A stretch of DNA of 64,000 nucleotides, taken from NCBI GenBank assembly GCA_965261595.1, contig CBDHDG010000006.1, forward strand, positions 576,001 to 640,000. The letters are read 5' to 3'. The notes below the pieces were generated by a model. That model ran no database searches. It worked only from the letters and a program-made list of their open reading frames with translations, and was not told the origin of the DNA. Shown in pieces: positions 21,654 to 31,798 of the stretch. The translations under genes and the position numbers were made by a program. Position 1 is the first letter of the stretch; each line of letters opens with the position of its first letter. This DNA comes from a bacterium. GTDB taxonomy: Bacteria; UBA8248; JACPRG01; G963555815.

Positions 21654-23474
21654 ATGTGCGGCATCTCCGGAGTCGTCGGTCACCGTCCGGTCGCGGCGGA
21701 CCTGTACCGGACCATCCGCAATCTGGAGTACCGCGGCTACGATTCCTGCGGCGTGGCGGTGATCCACGACGAACAGCTCGAAATCCGAAAAAACGTCGGC
21801 AGCGTCGAGGAGGTCAACGCCATCGAGGGGTTGACGCGGCTGAGCGGCGATGTCGGCATCGCCCACACCCGCTGGGCCACCCACGGAAAGGTCAACCGCG
21901 AGAACACCCACCCGCACACCGGCTGCCGGGGGGATCTGGCCGTCGTCCACAACGGGATCATCGCCAACTACCGCGCCCTGCGGGAGCGCCTCCAGGCGGA
22001 AGGACACAAGTTCCTCTCCGAAACCGACACCGAGGTGATCGCCCACCTCATCGAGGGGCACATGGACGCCGGGCTGAACCTGGAGGACGCCTTCCGCCGC
22101 TCGGCCCGGGAGCTCGAAGGCACATTCGCCCTGGCGGTGATCGCCCTGCGCGAGCGGGACCGGATCCTCTGCGCCAAAAAAGAAAGCCCCCTCATCCTGG
22201 GGATCGGAGAGAGCTGCAACTTCGTCGGCTCGGACTTCAACGCCTTTATCGAGTTCACCAAGCACGCCGTGGTCCTGGAGGACGGCGAGATGGCCATCGT
22301 CACCCGGGACGGGTTCACGGTGAAGGACTTCCTGACCGGGCGGACCATCCGCAAGAGCGTCATGGAGATCCAGTGGGACGCCGAGATATCCAAGCGCGGG
22401 GGCTACCCGCACTACATGCTCAAGGAAATCTACGAGCAGCCGCGCACCATCACCCACGCCCTCGAGATCGACCGTTCGACGCTGCGCGAGATCGCCCGCG
22501 CCGTCGAAGGGTCCGGGCGGACGTACCTCATCGGAACGGGGACGACCTATTACGTCAGCCTCACCGCCCAGTACCTTTTTTCCCAGCTGGCCGGCCGGTT
22601 CCTCCCGGCCGTAAGCAGCGACGAGTTTCGCGGCCTGGCCACATCGGACAGAGACACCCTGGTCCTGGCCTGCTCCCAGTCGGGGGAGACGTACGATACG
22701 CTGAGCGCGCTCCGCCACGCCAAGGCCCAGGGCGCGGCCACGGCGGTGGTGGTCAACGTCATGGGGTCATCCATCGCCCGGATGGCCGATCAGGTGATCA
22801 TCCAGGGGGCCGGTCCGGAGATCTGCGTCCTCAGCACGAAGGCGGCCATCTCCCAAATCGCCATCCTCCTGCTCATCGCCCTGGAGCTGGGGATCGAGAC
22901 GGGTCACCTCTCGGAAGGGGAGGTCGAGGTCCTGCGCGGGGAGCTCGCCCGGCTGCCGGACCTCATCGAAACGATCCTCAACGAGCGCTCGGGATTCATT
23001 CACACCATCGCCCACCGGCGGATGGACCGGAAAAACTGGCTCTACCTGGGCCGGGGGATTTACTACACCATCGCCATGGAATCGGCGCTCAAGATGAAAG
23101 AGGTCACTTACCTGCACGCCGAGGGCATGCCCGCCGGGTTCCTCAAGCACGGGACCATCTCCCTGATCGACGACCGCATGGCCTCGTTGATCCTGATCCC
23201 GCCCCCGGACGCGGGCGAGCTCTACACCCTCTCGCTGAGCAGCGTCGAGGAGATCAAGGCCCGGGGCGGCTACGTCCTTGGGTTCCACACCGAGGGGGAC
23301 AAAGACGCGCTGGCCGTGTGCGACGAATCCATCGCCCTCCCGGCCGCCCCCCTGCTGGTGACGCCCTTCCTCCACCTGATCGTCGGACAGCTCTTCGCCT
23401 ACTTCACCGCCACGGGCCTCAAGCGAAACATCGACCGACCCCGCTCCCTCGCCAAATCCGTCACGGTCGCCTGA
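21654..23474 (+). CDS. glmS: Glutamine-fructose-6-phosphate aminotransferase
   Basis: MCGI, LEYRGYDS, HTRWATHG, SQSGET and LAKSVTV motifs. Confidence 0.95.
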   Translation: MCGISGVVGHRPVAADLYRTIRNLEYRGYDSCGVAVIHDEQLEIRKNVGSVEEVNAIEGLTRLSGDVGIAHTRWATHGKVNRENTHPHTGCRGDLAVVHNGIIANYRALRERLQAEGHKFLSETDTEVIAHLIEGHMDAGLNLEDAFRRSARELEGTFALAVIALRERDRILCAKKESPLILGIGESCNFVGSDFNAFIEFTKHAVVLEDGEMAIVTRDGFTVKDFLTGRTIRKSVMEIQWDAEISKRGGYPHYMLKEIYEQPRTITHALEIDRSTLREIARAVEGSGRTYLIGTGTTYYVSLTAQYLFSQLAGRFLPAVSSDEFRGLATSDRDTLVLACSQSGETYDTLSALRHAKAQGAATAVVVNVMGSSIARMADQVIIQGAGPEICVLSTKAAISQIAILLLIALELGIETGHLSEGEVEVLRGELARLPDLIETILNERSGFIHTIAHRRMDRKNWLYLGRGIYYTIAMESALKMKEVTYLHAEGMPAGFLKHGTISLIDDRMASLILIPPPDAGELYTLSLSSVEEIKARGGYVLGFHTEGDKDALAVCDESIALPAAPLLVTPFLHLIVGQLFAYFTATGLKRNIDRPRSLAKSVTVA

Positions 23475-23535
23475 GGATCCCCGGGGGGCCTTCCTCCGGC
23501 TCCAGCGCGGGTCGGTTGACCCCTGGATCGTCTGT

Positions 23536-23737
23536 GGATTCAAAGATTGAAAGAGGCAAAGACAGAGGCAAAATGCGCATCCACAGATTTCGCAGATTAC
23601 ACAGATTGGAGAAGACTAAAATCAAGGAATTCGAGGCGGGATTTATCGCTGTGCTCGGAATGACATATGAAGAGGTGTTGGCCGGGGGAGTTTCAGAAAT
23701 CCGTGCAATCTGTAGAATCTGTGGTTAAAAGCCTTTC
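23536..23737. repeat. MITE/REP-like element, copy 1 (ends CCACAGATT...AATCTGTGG)
   Basis: Similar along its length to 25068-25262; contains GCTCGGAATGAC. Confidence 0.8.
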
Positions 23738-23835
23738 CGTCGTAATCCGTCAAAATCCCGGATTAAAGATCGACGCGAGGCGGGATACGCTTTCCGCGAT
23801 TGGACCCGGATTCAATCTTCAGAGAGAGGAGACCC

Positions 23836-25047
23836 ATGGAGATCAAGAACGGATTTCCGCATCTTTCCCTGGCCGAGCGGGATCGGCGGTGGGCGGCGAT
23901 TCGGCAAAAAATGGCCGAACGAGACTTGGACGCCCTCATCATCCGGGGCCATTCAGGTTTCTGGTACGGGTTCATGGCGGACATCCGGTACATTTCGGGC
24001 GTCAACGGCCATTCGGGGTACTGCGTGTTCCCGCGCGATGCCGATCCGACGGTGTTCCTGTGGTTTCCGCCGGCGGCGAAATGGTCCGTTCGCAAACAGC
24101 AGAGCTGGGTGAAAGACGTTCGCGGCGGCGGTTGGCCGTTCGGGGCGTCCATGGCCGCGGACCGGTTGAAAGAGCTGGGGTGCGGGGAGGGCCGGGTGGG
24201 AATTGTCGGACTTCCCGGCGAGCGGGAGCCCGAAGGGATCTTTCCGCACGGCGCTTATCTGGAGCTTCAAAAGGCCCTGCCGGGCGCGGGGCTGGAAAAC
24301 GCCACCGACATCATCGAAAAACTTCGATGGATCAAGAGCGCGGAGGAAATCGAGTGTCACACCCGCGCGGCCGAGATCGGGGACCTGGCGATTCAGGCGA
24401 TGGCCGACTCCGCCAAGCCGGGCGCGACCCAGGCCGAAGTCTATGCGGAAATGGTTCGCGTCATGCTGGCCAACGGCTCGGAGCCGCCGACGATGCTCCT
24501 CTGGGAGGCCGGGGCGGAGCCCGCCCACGCGGTGTACGCCCCGCCGAATCTGCCGCTGAAAAAAGGGGACACCATCGTCAACGAAATCAGCCCCAAGTAC
24601 TGCGGGTACTACGCGCACCCCCACCAGCCGGTCTGCCTGGGTAAACCCAATGATGAGCTGCGCCGGATGTACGACTCGGCGTACGCGGCCTTCGAGAACG
24701 GGCTGAAAACGCTGAAACCCGGCGTTCGGATGAGCGAGATGTGCCGGGCCCTGACGGACCCCATCCGGGAGGCGGGTTACGGGTGGTCCCGCGTTCCCCT
24801 GCACGGGATGGGACTGGCGAACATCGAGGTTCCGGTCTGGACGGACGAAGCCTATGCAGGTTTCCCCGGCTCCTCCCGTGTCGAAGCCGAGGACGCCGTC
24901 ATCCGGGAAAACATGATCCTCGTGATTCAACCGATCTGCACCTCACGAAACGGCGATCTCGGAATCCCGGTGGGCGACACCGTGTGCGTGACGAAGGACG
25001 GCGCCAGGCGGCTTTCAAAAAGGACCATTGAATACATCGAGGCATGA
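23836..25047 (+). CDS. M24-family (Xaa-Pro peptidase / creatinase-like) hydrolase
   Basis: Creatinase N-domain, LRWIKSAEEIE, HGMGL and C-terminal GDTVCVT. Metal ligands look degenerate. Confidence 0.8.
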   Translation: MEIKNGFPHLSLAERDRRWAAIRQKMAERDLDALIIRGHSGFWYGFMADIRYISGVNGHSGYCVFPRDADPTVFLWFPPAAKWSVRKQQSWVKDVRGGGWPFGASMAADRLKELGCGEGRVGIVGLPGEREPEGIFPHGAYLELQKALPGAGLENATDIIEKLRWIKSAEEIECHTRAAEIGDLAIQAMADSAKPGATQAEVYAEMVRVMLANGSEPPTMLLWEAGAEPAHAVYAPPNLPLKKGDTIVNEISPKYCGYYAHPHQPVCLGKPNDELRRMYDSAYAAFENGLKTLKPGVRMSEMCRALTDPIREAGYGWSRVPLHGMGLANIEVPVWTDEAYAGFPGSSRVEAEDAVIRENMILVIQPICTSRNGDLGIPVGDTVCVTKDGARRLSKRTIEYIEA

Positions 25048-25067
25048 AGGCGTCATTTTGAGATCTC

Positions 25068-25262
25068 CGGATTCCACGGATTGGAAGAGAGCCAAGACAA
25101 AGGCGCAAGGCGATCCACAGATTTTACAGATTGGAAAAGACCAAAAACAAGGGATTCGAGGCGGGATTCCTCGCTGGGCTCGGAATGACAAATGAAGAGG
25201 TGTTGGTCAGGGGAGTTTAAAAAATCTGTGCCATCTGTGTAATCTGTGGATAAAAGCCTTTC
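25068..25262. repeat. MITE/REP-like element, copy 2 (direct repeat of 23536-23737)
   Basis: atccacagatt...gattcctcgctgggctcggaatgac...aatctgtggataaaagcctttc. Confidence 0.8.
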
Positions 25263-25395
25263 GTATTATCGGTTGACTCATCGAGTCGGATGACTCATCG
25301 CTCGGAATGACCACTTGCCGCCACCGTCGTGCGGGGCCATGCGCGGCGAATTCGATATCCGCTTTCCGTAATCATCCCCCCCCCCCCTCGGCGGC

Positions 25396-26580
25396 TTACG
25401 CCTCCTCGGCGAACTGGAACCGCTTGTCCGCCCCGACGCATTCCGCCTCGGGGAGCCCCAGCTCCTTGCGGACGATGTTCGTTCCCCGGACGATGGAGAC
25501 CATCTTGAAGTAGGCAACCCGGCGGGTGAGCCCCTCGCGGCCGAAGCCGCAATCGGAGGAAATGACCAGCCGCTCCGCCGGGATGTGCTCCAGGGCCTTC
25601 CGGATGAGGGCCGCCACCTCCTCGGGCCGCTCGACCTGGAGGTTCCGGTGGTCCACCACGCCGACGGCGACCTTCTTGTCCGTAATGGCCCGCCCGATGG
25701 CGGCGAAGTCCATCCCCGAGGTGCTGCACGTCTCGAAGGTGATCACGTCCACGTCGAGTTGACTCAAGTGCTCGAGGGCCGGCTCGTAGGATTGGGGCTC
25801 GGCGAAGAGCCGCTGCTGGCCGGGATTGCCCCAACACGTGTGACACCAGACCTCCGTCTTGTCCCGGAGTCCTTTCACCGTCCGGTTGAACAGGCCGACG
25901 TAGAAGTCCACGTCGAGCGCCTCGGCGCCGACATCCTGGTGGCGTTTGATGGACATGAGGTGGATGGAGGGCTCTTCCATCTGAATGACGGCCGCGCCCG
26001 CGTCGGCCAGGACGTTCAGCTCTTCGTTGAACACGTCGCTCACGGCCTCGATCAACTCCCGCCGCGTCTTGTAGTGATCGTTCCCCACGGAAGTGGCGAC
26101 CAGCTCGGGCGTGATGGTCCCGAACTTGACGGGTCTGGCGGTCATCTGCTGGGCGGTCTTCCAGATGGGCGTGTAATCGAGCCTCCCCCGGGTGATTTCG
26201 CCGACCGCGCGGGGCATGAGGCGGGACTCCATGATCTCGAAAACGATGTCCCCCCGGCCCGCGCCCTGATAGCCCTTGGCGACCTTGTAAGGGTCGTAGC
26301 CCTCCATTCCGCCGAGCCGCCGGGCGGCGTAAACGAACCAGGACATCCCCCCCACGTCGGGGTCCAACCGGCAATCGCCGTCCGTGACGACGTCCAGACC
26401 CGCGCGCTCCTGGTCCCGGATGTAAGAGGAAACGGCGTCGAAATATTGCTCGCGGTACCGGACGTCGGACATGGCCTCGCGGAAGCTCCGGTCGCCGAGG
26501 GTGGCCGTGTACCAGTGCGGCCGGGGGATCGACCCCGTGATGGTGGTGGGCAGCATCTTGTCTTTCGTCGCGACGAGCAT
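25396..26580 (-). CDS. Cobalamin-independent methionine synthase II family (single-barrel MetE-like) enzyme
   Basis: TTITGSIPRP, QERAGLDVVTDG, and Zn ligands in HTCWG and SDCGFG. Confidence 0.85.
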   Translation of the reverse strand: MLVATKDKMLPTTITGSIPRPHWYTATLGDRSFREAMSDVRYREQYFDAVSSYIRDQERAGLDVVTDGDCRLDPDVGGMSWFVYAARRLGGMEGYDPYKVAKGYQGAGRGDIVFEIMESRLMPRAVGEITRGRLDYTPIWKTAQQMTARPVKFGTITPELVATSVGNDHYKTRRELIEAVSDVFNEELNVLADAGAAVIQMEEPSIHLMSIKRHQDVGAEALDVDFYVGLFNRTVKGLRDKTEVWCHTCWGNPGQQRLFAEPQSYEPALEHLSQLDVDVITFETCSTSGMDFAAIGRAITDKKVAVGVVDHRNLQVERPEEVAALIRKALEHIPAERLVISSDCGFGREGLTRRVAYFKMVSIVRGTNIVRKELGLPEAECVGADKRFQFAEEA

Positions 26581-26814
26581 TCAACGTCTCCTTCCCCCCC
26601 CTCCGCCGGACGGGGATCCAGATCAGGTCCGGCTTGGGGTGTGCGGGTCGATGGGTCCGTCCCCGCTCCGGACGTTCAACGGACGGACCGCGCGAAGCGT
26701 TCGCTCATGGATTCCGCGAGCCTAGCCAATCGTCCGGAAGGCTGTCAAGACGCCTTCCGTTGGAAACGCCGGATACCCGAGAGGAATGGCGGCGGCCGGC
26801 GCGCCCGTCTTTCA

Positions 26815-28470
26815 TCAATACGGACACAACAGCCTGGGATGCAACCGAATGAAACGCTTGACGCTCCGGTCGAAACGCCGCTCGCGTTTCTTCAGGCCCT
26901 GCCTGCGGGCGAGGTCCCGGCCGTCACACCAGCTTTCCAGCGCCTCCTCCGGCCGGCCGAGCTTGACGTGGATCGCGCCCAGGCTGTTCAAGACGTCGGC
27001 CATACCCGCCCAATCGCGGCGCCGGGACCTGATCGCGTACGCCCTCCCCGCCGCGTCGAGGGCCTTGGAGAAAAGGTCCATCCGAAAATAAGCGGCCGAA
27101 AGATGGTTCAGGGTGTCCGCCTCCGCGGCGCTGTCCGCCCGGTCCCGGGAAATTCGAAGCGCTTTCCGGTGCGTCTTAAGGGCCTCGGGGTAGCGCCCGG
27201 ACCGGACCCGCACGTCAGCCAGGCGGTTGAGGATTTTTATTTCGTTGCGCCAATCGTCCAAGCGGCGGAGAAGGACGAGGGACTCCCGGTAAAGCCGGAG
27301 GGACTCGTCGAACCGTTCTTCCTTAGCGTGAAGGACGGCCAGCCGGCCGAGGGTTTCGGCCGCCGCCGCCGCCATGCCGGCGCGGCGGAAGACAGCGAGA
27401 GACGCCTTGAGCCGGGCCACGGCTTCACCGGCGCGGTTCAGTTTTTCTAAAACCCGCGCGATATCACCCAGCGTCCTCGCCGCCCGAACCTCGTTTCCCA
27501 GGCGGCGATCGATCTCCAGCGACTCCCGATAAAGTCGAAGAGACCGCGGAGACGAACCGGGCCGCGTCGCGACCTGACGCTCCCGCGCTTGGGCCAGGCG
27601 CCTGAGGGCCGCCGCGACCTCGCCCCCCTCCTCGCCGCCCTTCCCCTCTCCCCCTCCCCGGGCCCGGGCCCGGAGAAGGGACAAGGCGCGCGTCAGACTT
27701 TCGGCGGCCTCTTTCAACCGCCCGGCTTCCATTTGAACGATCCCGATCCAGCCCCACGCCTCCGCGAAATCCGCGTCCGGCTTCACCGCGCGCTCCAGCC
27801 GCCCTTTCGCCTCCGTCAACCGGCCGCGGCGCCGCTCGGCCAGGCCGTCGCCGAAACGGATCAGTGTCTCGATGGACTTCGCAAAGGGTTCGTGAAGCCG
27901 GACCCGCTCCCGATCGCTCAGCGACAAAGGGGAGGATTCAATCTCGGCGGTCGAGCCGTCTTTCATGACGATCCGTTTCCCCAGGGCTTCGATGAGGGAG
28001 TCCGCCACCCGGTCCAACGCCGAGAAAAGGGCGTCGCGGGTCGAGATCGACGTCCGGAACCGGGTCTGCTGAATTTGAAAGCCGCTGGGAAGGTCCACAA
28101 ACCGGTAGTCCAGCTGCACCTCGCGTCCGAGCCGGATCAGCCTGCCCGCCATCACCAAATGTGCCCCGGCCAGCCTCCCCACGCGCTCGGCCGCCAGGGG
28201 GCCCGTCAGGTCCCCGCCCCGAAGTCCTTGCTCGCCGACGATCCGATCAATGGTCCGGCGGCCGATCAGATCGAGCGACCGGATCCCGGCGAGCTTCCAA
28301 CGCAGCGCCTCCGGTATCACGGTCGTGAGCCATGTGAACACGGGGTCTTCCGAGTCGTTCTGGAAATCCAGGATCACGACGCGCCGTTGCGCGGCATCCG
28401 CCCGGGGCGCGCGAATCAGATTGAACATCGGAATCAAAACGGCTGCGAGGAAAACGAAGCGCCGAAGCAT
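26815..28470 (-). CDS. Secreted TPR protein with N-terminal CsgG/TolB-N-like domain
   Basis: Signal peptide MLRRFVFLAAV...ADA, VVILDFQNDSEDP, then multiple TPR repeats. Confidence 0.7.
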   Translation of the reverse strand: MLRRFVFLAAVLIPMFNLIRAPRADAAQRRVVILDFQNDSEDPVFTWLTTVIPEALRWKLAGIRSLDLIGRRTIDRIVGEQGLRGGDLTGPLAAERVGRLAGAHLVMAGRLIRLGREVQLDYRFVDLPSGFQIQQTRFRTSISTRDALFSALDRVADSLIEALGKRIVMKDGSTAEIESSPLSLSDRERVRLHEPFAKSIETLIRFGDGLAERRRGRLTEAKGRLERAVKPDADFAEAWGWIGIVQMEAGRLKEAAESLTRALSLLRARARGGGEGKGGEEGGEVAAALRRLAQARERQVATRPGSSPRSLRLYRESLEIDRRLGNEVRAARTLGDIARVLEKLNRAGEAVARLKASLAVFRRAGMAAAAAETLGRLAVLHAKEERFDESLRLYRESLVLLRRLDDWRNEIKILNRLADVRVRSGRYPEALKTHRKALRISRDRADSAAEADTLNHLSAAYFRMDLFSKALDAAGRAYAIRSRRRDWAGMADVLNSLGAIHVKLGRPEEALESWCDGRDLARRQGLKKRERRFDRSVKRFIRLHPRLLCPY

Positions 28471-28721
28471 GACCGCCTGTCCCCCAAGGAGGAATAATCC
28501 CGTCCGCATAACGTTCGGCAAACGACCCACAGCCCCGCCCTCCCGCGTGCGGCGGGATTCCGTTGTGTTCCATGCCGGGTTCCCATAGAATCGATCCATT
28601 AAGTCAGACAGCGGGAATCGGGTCAAGGCATCCGAATCGGGGGCTCTGATTCCCCGATATGCACCCCCTTCCCCCCCCCCTCCCCTCTCCCCCTCCGGGC
28701 GCCGTCGGGAAGGACGAGGAA

Positions 28722-30962
28722 ATGGCTTTGGGTGAATCCCGGAATTCCTGGAAGATGGTCGGGCAGGCGGTCTCCCGGCCGGACGCCGTTGAGAAGGCCG
28801 TCGGCGGAACGCTCTTCGCGGACGACTTCAATCTGCCCGGCTGCCTCATCGGCCGGGTCGTGCGCGCCGGCGTCGCATCGGCCCGGATCCGGAAAATCGA
28901 CGTGCAGGCGGCCCGGCGGATCCCCGGCGTGCGCGCCGTCCTGACCGCCGAAGACATTCCCGGCGCCAACCACGCCCACGGCGAGGAATTTCCGGTCCTG
29001 GCCGACGGGGTCGTCCGCTCGGCGGGAGACGCCGTGGCCCTGGTGGCCGCCGATCACGAAGCCGCCGCGCGGACCGCCGTGGACGCGCTGGGCGTCGAGC
29101 TCGACCCCCGGCCGGGCGTTTACGACCCCGAGGAGGCCCTGGCCGAGGACCCCGGCGCGGAAGTCGGCCGCTACACCCTGAGCCGGGGAGACGCCGATCG
29201 GGCCTTCGAGGAAGCGGACGTCGTCGTCGAGCACACCTACACGACGCGGCAGGCCGATCACTGCTTCATCGAGCCCGAGGCGGGCGTGGCCTGGATCGAC
29301 TCGACCGGCGTCATCAACATCCGCTGGCCCACCCAGCTCATCGAGAACTACCGCGCCGTCGCCCGGATCCTCGGCGTCCCGGCGGGCCGCGTTCGCATTC
29401 AGAGCCCGATGGTCGGGGGCGGGTTCGGCGGCAAGGAGCAGCCCCTCGTGGCGGCGTGGCTGGCCCTGCTGGCTCAGGCCGCCCGGCGGCCCGTCCGCAT
29501 GACCCTTTCCCGGGAGGACACCTTCCTCGGCGGCTCCAAGAAGCACCCTTTCGTCATGAAGTGCCGCACCGCCGCCAAAAGGGACGGAACCCTCACGGCG
29601 ATGGACGTGGAAGTGCTGGCCGACGCCGGGGCCTACCGCACGAACACGGCCATTATCACGATGGGCGCGATGGTCCTGGCCCAGGGTTCGTACAACGTCG
29701 AGAACGTCCGGGTGGCCGTCCTCGGCGCGGTGACGAACCGGCCTTTCTCCGACGCCATGCGCGGGGTCGGGTGCAACCAGATCACCTTCGCCGTCGAGGG
29801 CCAGATCGAGGCCGTCGCCCGGGCGCTCGGCATGGACCCCCTCGAAGTCCGGCGGAAGAACTATCTCAAAAAGGGCGACCTCCTGCCCGTCGGCCAAACG
29901 ATCGAGAACCACGTGGACCTCGACCGCCTTACGCGCGAGGTCGACAAGGCGCTGGGGGATAAGACCCCGGCCCCGCCGGGCAAGCGCGTCGGCCGGGGAT
30001 TCGCGGCCAACATGACGGGGTACGGACGGCCCTTCAGCCGCTCGGAAGGCTTTGTGGGGATGGATGTGGACGGATCGGCCCTCATCCGCATCGGCGTGTC
30101 GGACCTGGGCGCGGGTCAGACCTCCACCGCCGCCCAGCTTGTGGCCGGGGCGCTCGGCCTCTCTCTGGAGAACGTCTCCGTCATCCACTCCGATTCCGGG
30201 ACAACGCCCCTGGTCGGCTACACGGCATCGAGCCGGCAGACGCTGATGTCCGGGAGCGCGCTCCTGGACGCGGCGGGGACCATCCGGCGCTCCCTCGTGG
30301 ACGCCGCCTCGGACCTGCTCGAAGCCCCTCGGGACGACCTGGAGCTGGGCGAGGATTCGGTCCGCATGGCCTCGGCCCCGGAGAAGCGGGTCTCGATCGC
30401 TGATGCGGTCTCCCGCGCGCAGGCGAAGGGCCTGCCCATCGCGGCCACGGGCGCCTACAAGACCCCCGACCTGGATTACGAAGGGGCGGACCGGTACGGC
30501 GGCTTTGCGGGCTGGACGGACTACACCTGGGGCGTCCACGCCGCCGAGGTCATGGTGGACGAGGCCACCGGGGAGGTCGAGCTGCTCAAGTTCGTCGCCT
30601 CCCACGACGTCGGCGCGGCCATCAACCCCACGAGCGTCGAGGGCCAGATCGAGGGCGGCGCCGTCATGGGCATCGGCTACGCCCTCACCGAAGAGATCGT
30701 CATGGAGGACGGGCGCATGGTCAACCCGGTCCTGCACGATTACCTGATCCCGACCTCGCTGGACCTGGGGGCGTGGGAGACGATCGTCACGGAGTCGGGC
30801 GAGGGGATGGGTCCCCATGGCGCGCGCGGCATCGGCGAGCCGCCCTGCAACGCCTCCCCCGCGGCCGTCACAAACGCCGTCAGCGACGCCATCGGCGCGC
30901 GGATTACCGACATCCCCATTACGCCGGAACAGGTCCTGGAAAAACTCGGGGGCAACAGATAA
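28722..30962 (+). CDS. Xanthine dehydrogenase-family molybdopterin-binding (large) subunit
   Basis: GGGFGGK, AMRGVG, SVEGQIEGG and GARGIGEP motifs. Confidence 0.9.
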   Translation: MALGESRNSWKMVGQAVSRPDAVEKAVGGTLFADDFNLPGCLIGRVVRAGVASARIRKIDVQAARRIPGVRAVLTAEDIPGANHAHGEEFPVLADGVVRSAGDAVALVAADHEAAARTAVDALGVELDPRPGVYDPEEALAEDPGAEVGRYTLSRGDADRAFEEADVVVEHTYTTRQADHCFIEPEAGVAWIDSTGVINIRWPTQLIENYRAVARILGVPAGRVRIQSPMVGGGFGGKEQPLVAAWLALLAQAARRPVRMTLSREDTFLGGSKKHPFVMKCRTAAKRDGTLTAMDVEVLADAGAYRTNTAIITMGAMVLAQGSYNVENVRVAVLGAVTNRPFSDAMRGVGCNQITFAVEGQIEAVARALGMDPLEVRRKNYLKKGDLLPVGQTIENHVDLDRLTREVDKALGDKTPAPPGKRVGRGFAANMTGYGRPFSRSEGFVGMDVDGSALIRIGVSDLGAGQTSTAAQLVAGALGLSLENVSVIHSDSGTTPLVGYTASSRQTLMSGSALLDAAGTIRRSLVDAASDLLEAPRDDLELGEDSVRMASAPEKRVSIADAVSRAQAKGLPIAATGAYKTPDLDYEGADRYGGFAGWTDYTWGVHAAEVMVDEATGEVELLKFVASHDVGAAINPTSVEGQIEGGAVMGIGYALTEEIVMEDGRMVNPVLHDYLIPTSLDLGAWETIVTESGEGMGPHGARGIGEPPCNASPAAVTNAVSDAIGARITDIPITPEQVLEKLGGNR

Positions 30963-31019
30963 ATATACACTTCCGTATCACTAAGATTCTTTCCTCACAG
31001 GCTTGATAAACTTCTTGGC

Positions 31020-31445
31020 CGTATCGATCGGCCGCCTGCCCGGGTTGCGATTGCCCCGGGTGTCGCACACGGCGAAGCCACTGGGTTTTGAGATCACGCC
31101 ACGGCCCCGTGGCCGCCGGAATCCATTCCGAGAAAAAAATCCCGACCCTTTTTCGCCACTTCAAATTCCAACTGTCGAAGATGAGTCAGACCCAATTTTC
31201 CAAATGTTAGAATGTAAGAATCTGACCCCATGCCTTTTCCTGTGGGGTGTGAAGAGCCGGAAATCAAGCGGAATGAAGGGGTTTGGAGGAATCTGCGAGT
31301 ATATTGGAGGGCTGCTGGCTATCCCCTGACGTTCGACTTGGGACCCTCGTCGCCTTTGGGTGGAGTTGTCGTGGCACAAAAAGGAGTCTGACCCCATTTT
31401 CACCCGCCAATTTCACCCGGATCTGATAATTCAAGACCTGACCCC
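31020..31445 (+). repeat. Cluster of degenerate (G)TCTGACCCC REP-like repeats after a probable REP-associated tyrosine transposase C-terminal remnant
   Basis: Repeats near 31138, 31173, 31219, 31384 and 31436. The preceding frame reads TAKPLGFEITPRPRGR, resembling RAYT C-termini. Confidence 0.5.
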
Positions 31446-31499
31446 AACTTCTGCTAGGGTCAAAATTCACGGTGTTCGTATTGGTTTCGATAGGGGAGG

Positions 31500-31760
31500 G
31501 TAATTAAGATTCGGCCAAAGTCGTCCGCCACGCCCGGCAAAGTATATTCCAGTTGGCCGAGGTCGCGGTGTCCAGGGAGCTCTTCGCCCGCATCTTGGAG
31601 CGAATCCACCGACTGCGTCCGCTGCCGGTCTAGCGATCCTAAGCGGATACAACTCAGATCAGGTAATCTGTGCCCAGAAACCGGTTGACAGGTCCGGTAG
31701 AGAGCGGTCTAATCGGGCTAAACAGCAACGAGGGGTCAGTGCGGGTCTGTCCGAATTTGA
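31500..31760 (+). mobile_element. IS1380-family 3' remnant
   Basis: Translates (with a frameshift) to AKVVRHARQSIFQLAEVAVSRELFARILERIHRL, matching the transposase C-terminus at 56640-56790. Its downstream DNA matches the reverse complement of 57040-57260. Confidence 0.8.
31685..31713 (+). promoter_or_regulatory. Sigma70-type promoter within the IS1380 remnant
   Basis: TTGACA-17 nt-TCTAAT, conserved in the second remnant (57082-57110, minus strand). Confidence 0.7.
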
Positions 31761-31798
31761 AAGGAGAAATTTCGGATGGAATTGAGGGGATGTATATA

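Noticed and set aside
23573..23728. Small ORF MRIHRFRRLHRL...ICRICG
   Set aside because: It is a translation of the MITE-like repeat, and the second copy has an indel in this frame.
31138..31445. TGACCCC repeats as a CRISPR array
   Set aside because: Repeats are short and degenerate, spacing is irregular, and no cas genes are present.
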